Shown: positions 48,808-52,600 of the stretch, piece after piece
Position numbering within the stretch: the stretch's first letter is position 1
How the letters are laid out: each line of letters starts with the position of its first letter
NCBI GenBank assembly: GCA_023245145.1
Contig: JAHFKW010000002.1
Coordinates: 1 to 52,600 of the forward strand
DNA: 52,600 nt
Direction: 5' to 3'
Source of the DNA: Candidatus Staskawiczbacteria bacterium
Lineage (GTDB): Bacteria; Patescibacteriota; Minisyncoccia; Minisyncoccales; Staskawiczbacteraceae
Translations under genes and position numbers: made by a program
The notes under the pieces: model-generated
Databases searched by the model: none
What the model was told of the DNA's origin: nothing
The model's input: only the letters and a program-made list of their open reading frames with translations

Positions 48808-49919
48808 AAATATTATTTACCGGTGGGGGGTCGGGTGGACACATATTTCCTATCATCGCCATATCCAGAGAATTACGAAGACTCTATGAAAAAGACGATT
48901 TGCATTTTGATTATATAGGACCAAGCAACAGTACGGGAATACTGCAATTAACGCAAGAACCACTTTTTGGCATACACTACATAGCAAGCGGAAAGTTGCG
49001 CCGATATTTTTCACTACTCAATATACTAGACCTAGCAGTCATGATTCCATTTAGTTTTTTACAAAGTTTTTTAATACTACTTTTCCACCGCCCCAATTTG
49101 GTCTTTTCAAAGGGTGGCACAGGCTCTCTACCGGTAACATATGCCGCCCGATTATTATTTATCCCCGTATTTTTACATGAATCCGACATAGTACCAGGGC
49201 TTTCCAATCGTATTACTTCAAAATGGGCTAAAAAAGTGTTTACCAGCTTTGAAAAAACCGAGTATTTTGACTTATCAAAAACCATCTGTGTTGGAACTCC
49301 CATTAAAAAAGAATTATTGGAGGGAGACGCCACGACTGCCAAAGAATTATTTCATTTGGCTGGTGGAAAACCCGTCATCATGTTTTGGGGTGGCAGTCAG
49401 GGAGCAGAGCCCCTTAACGATTTTGTTATTTTAACCATTAACGATTTGTTAAAAAACTATGAAGTTATTCACGTCTGCGGAAAAAAGAATCTGGCCGAAA
49501 CGCAAGCTGAAATTGACGTGATGTTACAAAAAGAATTAGTGGCTTATTATCATTTGTATAATGAATTAGACGAAGTACGCTTAAAGCACGCCTACCACAT
49601 TGCCGATATTATTATTTCCCGAGCCGGATCAGCCAGCATTTTTGAATTGGCAGCCTGTGGTAAACCCAGTATTTTAATTCCATTGCCCAGTGCGGCCGGA
49701 GACCATCAATCCAAAAACGCGCATGCCTATGAAGCCTCTGGGGCAACCATTGTCATTGAACAAGACAATGTTACTCCACATTTTTTCTTCAGTAAAATCC
49801 AACATCTATTGGCATCACCGGAAAAAATGGAAGCCATGCGTCAAACTGCTCTGGCTTTTGCCAAACCTCTGGCCGCCAAAGCCGTCGCCCGGGAAATATT
49901 AGAATATTTACAAAAGTGA
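48804..49919 (+). CDS. murG: MurG glycosyltransferase
   Basis: TGGGSGGHIFP, HESD, GGSQGA, SRAG, HQSKNA. Confidence 0.96.
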   Translation: MKILFTGGGSGGHIFPIIAISRELRRLYEKDDLHFDYIGPSNSTGILQLTQEPLFGIHYIASGKLRRYFSLLNILDLAVMIPFSFLQSFLILLFHRPNLVFSKGGTGSLPVTYAARLLFIPVFLHESDIVPGLSNRITSKWAKKVFTSFEKTEYFDLSKTICVGTPIKKELLEGDATTAKELFHLAGGKPVIMFWGGSQGAEPLNDFVILTINDLLKNYEVIHVCGKKNLAETQAEIDVMLQKELVAYYHLYNELDEVRLKHAYHIADIIISRAGSASIFELAACGKPSILIPLPSAAGDHQSKNAHAYEASGATIVIEQDNVTPHFFFSKIQHLLASPEKMEAMRQTALAFAKPLAAKAVAREILEYLQK

Positions 49920-51358
49920 AAAAAAATAAATCAGAAAAAATCAGGGTAAGATTTGCGCCATCTCCAACAGGAGCCCTTCATATTGGAGGAGCCAGGAGTG
50001 CCTTGTTTAATTACCTTTTTGCTAAACAAAATAATGGCGAATTTATTTTACGCATTGAAGACACCGATAGGGAACGATCAGAGCTAAAATGGGTGCCGGA
50101 AATTATTGATGAATTAAAATGGTTGGGGATTGAGTGGAACGAAGGCCCAGATATTGGTGGACCATTTGGACCATACAAACAGTCACAAAAAACAGATGTG
50201 TATAAAAAATATTTAGAAATTTTACTATTAGAAAAAAAAGCCTATTACTGTAATTGCAGTGCGGAAGAACTGGAAGCCAAACGCCAAGACCAGCAGAGCA
50301 GGGGATTAGCTCCAAAATATGACGGTAAGTGCCGGGATAAAAATCACACCGAAGGCGTCATTCGTTTTATTATTCATGCCCAAAAAATAAAATTCCACGA
50401 TCTCATTAGAAAAGATGTGGAATTTGATATGGGATTATTGGGCGATGTTGTTATTGCTAAAAATTTAGAACAGGCACTCTACCATTTTGTCGTTGTGGTG
50501 GACGATTTTGAAATGCAGATTAGTCATGTTATTCGAGCGGAGGAACATCTATCAAACACTCCAAGACAAATTCTACTGCAAGAAGCATTGGGATTTTATA
50601 CACCGATCTACGCACACTTACCGCTCATGCTTAACGCTGACAGAAGCAAGATGGCAAAACGTTCAGGAGACGTAGCGCTTAGCGATTATCATATGAAAGG
50701 TTACCTACCAGAAGCGATTGTAAATTTTATCGTGCTTTTGGGTTGGAATCCGGGGACGGAAAAAGAAATTTTCAGTCTGGCAGAACTGGTCAAAGAATTT
50801 TCTCTGGAAAAAGTGCAAAAGAGTGGGGCAGTCTTTAACACCCAACGCTTGGATTTTATCAATGGCTTGTATATTCGCGAAAAATCGGTGGAAGCGCTGA
50901 CAAAACTATGTTTACCATATTTACCGGAAGCAGCGGGGGAGTGGCCGGAAAAAACCGTTCATAAAATCATTGCCTCGTGCCAGAGTCGGTTAAAAAAACT
51001 GTCGGATATTACCGACATGACTGAATTTTTCTTTGCCGAAAAATTGTCATTTGATAAAAAAATGTTAGCCTGGAAAGAAATGGGGGATTTAGATATTCGT
51101 GAAGCCTTGTTATTATGCGACACTTCGCTCAAAGAGCTGGGTGCCAGCAAATGGAATGCAGAAGAACTTGAAAAAATACTCGTGCCACTAGCCGAAAAAT
51201 TCAATACAAAAAATAAGGGCTATCTTTTGTGGCCACTACGCGTAGCCCTGTCGGGTAGGGAAGCCAGTGCTGGGCCTTTTGAATTGGCTGATATTTTGGG
51301 GAAAGAAAAGACGCTACAAAGGATTCAGGACGCTATACATTATGGTAAAACCAAATAA
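49916..51358 (+). CDS. gltX: Glutamate--tRNA ligase
   Basis: RFAPSPTG.LHIGG, LRIEDTD, KMAKR, PLRVALSG. Confidence 0.97.
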   Translation: MKKNKSEKIRVRFAPSPTGALHIGGARSALFNYLFAKQNNGEFILRIEDTDRERSELKWVPEIIDELKWLGIEWNEGPDIGGPFGPYKQSQKTDVYKKYLEILLLEKKAYYCNCSAEELEAKRQDQQSRGLAPKYDGKCRDKNHTEGVIRFIIHAQKIKFHDLIRKDVEFDMGLLGDVVIAKNLEQALYHFVVVVDDFEMQISHVIRAEEHLSNTPRQILLQEALGFYTPIYAHLPLMLNADRSKMAKRSGDVALSDYHMKGYLPEAIVNFIVLLGWNPGTEKEIFSLAELVKEFSLEKVQKSGAVFNTQRLDFINGLYIREKSVEALTKLCLPYLPEAAGEWPEKTVHKIIASCQSRLKKLSDITDMTEFFFAEKLSFDKKMLAWKEMGDLDIREALLLCDTSLKELGASKWNAEELEKILVPLAEKFNTKNKGYLLWPLRVALSGREASAGPFELADILGKEKTLQRIQDAIHYGKTK

Positions 51359-51623
51359 CAAGGGGTTTATACTCAATATCGTAGCCATTGTGGTGGTGCT
51401 TGGCATCGTCTTTTTGAGTCAGCAGGCAAACTATGACTATATTGGCGACTGGTTTAAAACTAATATTTATCCTAGAGTCAGCCACGAGATAGAAAGTAGG
51501 GGAGAGGAGGTCCAAAAAGAGGTACTAAAACAAAAAGATATGGTGGCCCAAAGTTTGTGGGATAAAATAAAAATATTTTTCCAGGAAAAGTTTAATACGA
51601 CTTTTAAAACGAATGTGAAATAG
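51342..51623 (+). CDS. Small single-TM hypothetical protein
   Basis: KGFIL plus hydrophobic helix; overlaps the gltX stop. Confidence 0.6.
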   Translation: MVKPNNKGFILNIVAIVVVLGIVFLSQQANYDYIGDWFKTNIYPRVSHEIESRGEEVQKEVLKQKDMVAQSLWDKIKIFFQEKFNTTFKTNVK

Positions 51624-51654
51624 CTTGACTGTCGATGAGGCAGGGCGAGGGCGC

Positions 51655-51683
51655 TTGACACCCGTTTTCAGCTAGATTAGTAT
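51655..51683 (+). promoter_or_regulatory. sigma70 promoter of xer gene
   Basis: TTGACA-17-TAGTAT. Confidence 0.7.
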
Positions 51684-51692
51684 TAAGATACT

Positions 51693-51720
51693 ATGTCGCA
51701 AAATGTAGGTAAAGCGACAA
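51693..51720. other. dif-like tyrosine recombinase site (11-6-11)
   Basis: ATGTCGCAAAA-TGTAGG-TAAAGCGACAA, inverted arms, directly upstream of xer. Confidence 0.55.
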
Positions 51721-51774
51721 AGTATCTATAGATACTTTTAAAACGTCGCAAAATCGTGGCAAACATATTATTAT

Positions 51775-52600
51775 ATGAAAAAATCTTTTAAAACTATCGT
51801 TGATCACATTCCTGATTTTTTGGATTATTGTGAAGTAGAAAAAGGTTTGCGCGACAACACGCAAAAAAATTACGCACGCTACTTACACAAATTTACCGAG
51901 TGGCAAAAGGCTAAAAACCTCACTTCCCTGCTCCCCCATCAGTTAACCAGCGAACACATCTGGGAATATCGGCTTTACCTCTCCAGATACCAAAAACCCA
52001 GGCAAAAAGGCTTCACCGGCCTGGAGTCCAGCCCCACCCTAAAAAAAAGCACTCAAAACTACTATTTAATCGCTTTAAGGGCCTTTTTAGGCTACTTTGT
52101 GGCTAAAGACGTAGTTTCGCTACCCCCCGACAAAATAACCCTTCCTAAGGGCGATAAACGCGAAAAAACCCTCAAATTCCTTACCGTCGAGCAAATAGAG
52201 AAACTGTTAACCTCGGCCGACGCCAGCGACTATTTAAGCATCCGCAACCGAGCCATGTTGGAAGCCCTTTTTTCCACCGGCTTGCGTATCGCCGAATTAA
52301 TTTCGCTCAACCTTGAACAGTTTACCAGCCTTAAAAATAAACCGGATTTGGAACTGGGCATTATTGGCAAGGGTGGCAATCCGCGTACGGTGTATTTTTC
52401 CGAGCGCGCGTTAAGCTGGATTAAAAAATGGTTGTCGGTACGTAATTCCAAATCCAAGGCTTTGTTTATTAATTTGCAAAAAGAAAATTCTGACAATGAT
52501 AATCGCATAACTCCAAGATCCGTTGAACGAATTGTAAAAAAATACGCCGTGCTGGCCAGTGTGCCGTTGTTTACCACGCCTCACACCCTGCGCCATTCTT
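51775..52600 (+). CDS. XerC/XerD-family tyrosine recombinase, truncated by window end (not in ORF track)
   Basis: Manual translation: MKKSFKTIVDHIPDFLDYCEVEKGL.., RNRAMLEALFSTGLRIAEL, GKGGNPR, TPHTLRHS. Confidence 0.93.
   Translation, partial: MKKSFKTIVDHIPDFLDYCEVEKGLRDNTQKNYARYLHKFTEWQKAKNLTSLLPHQLTSEHIWEYRLYLSRYQKPRQKGFTGLESSPTLKKSTQNYYLIALRAFLGYFVAKDVVSLPPDKITLPKGDKREKTLKFLTVEQIEKLLTSADASDYLSIRNRAMLEALFSTGLRIAELISLNLEQFTSLKNKPDLELGIIGKGGNPRTVYFSERALSWIKKWLSVRNSKSKALFINLQKENSDNDNRITPRSVERIVKKYAVLASVPLFTTPHTLRHS

Overview
Chromosomal segment of a Patescibacteria (CPR, probably Parcubacteria) genome, standard genetic code. The taxonomy is inferred from 16S signatures, unlinked rRNA genes and gene content. 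It holds a 5'-truncated 16S gene with a group I intron at position 788 and no anti-Shine-Dalgarno tail. A separate 23S-5S unit lies about 6 kb downstream and carries a helix-25 intervening sequence. Also present: four tRNAs, cell wall/division genes (mreC, mreD, mrdA, murF, femX-like, ftsQ, a murL-murD fusion, ftsW, murG), tRNA synthetases (lysS, serS, cysS, gltX), recR, dnaB, dnaX, msrA/msrB, hrcA-grpE-dnaK-dnaJ, a sortase with Cys-rich surface proteins, and a truncated Xer recombinase gene with a dif-like site. Main unexplained pattern: the core gene starts examined lack SD motifs (many look leaderless), matching the anti-SD-less 16S, yet 12 small, mutually unrelated accessory ORFs all carry clear SD motifs. 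All 12 have a terminator and ten have a near-consensus sigma70 promoter, and nine are antisense to the neighbouring genes. One sits inside the 23S rRNA insertion, and two occupy duplicated copies of one dnaK-dnaJ slot with homologous promoter and terminator but different cargo. Small palindromic and periodic repeats are inserted in rRNA, in intergenic DNA and in frame within proteins.
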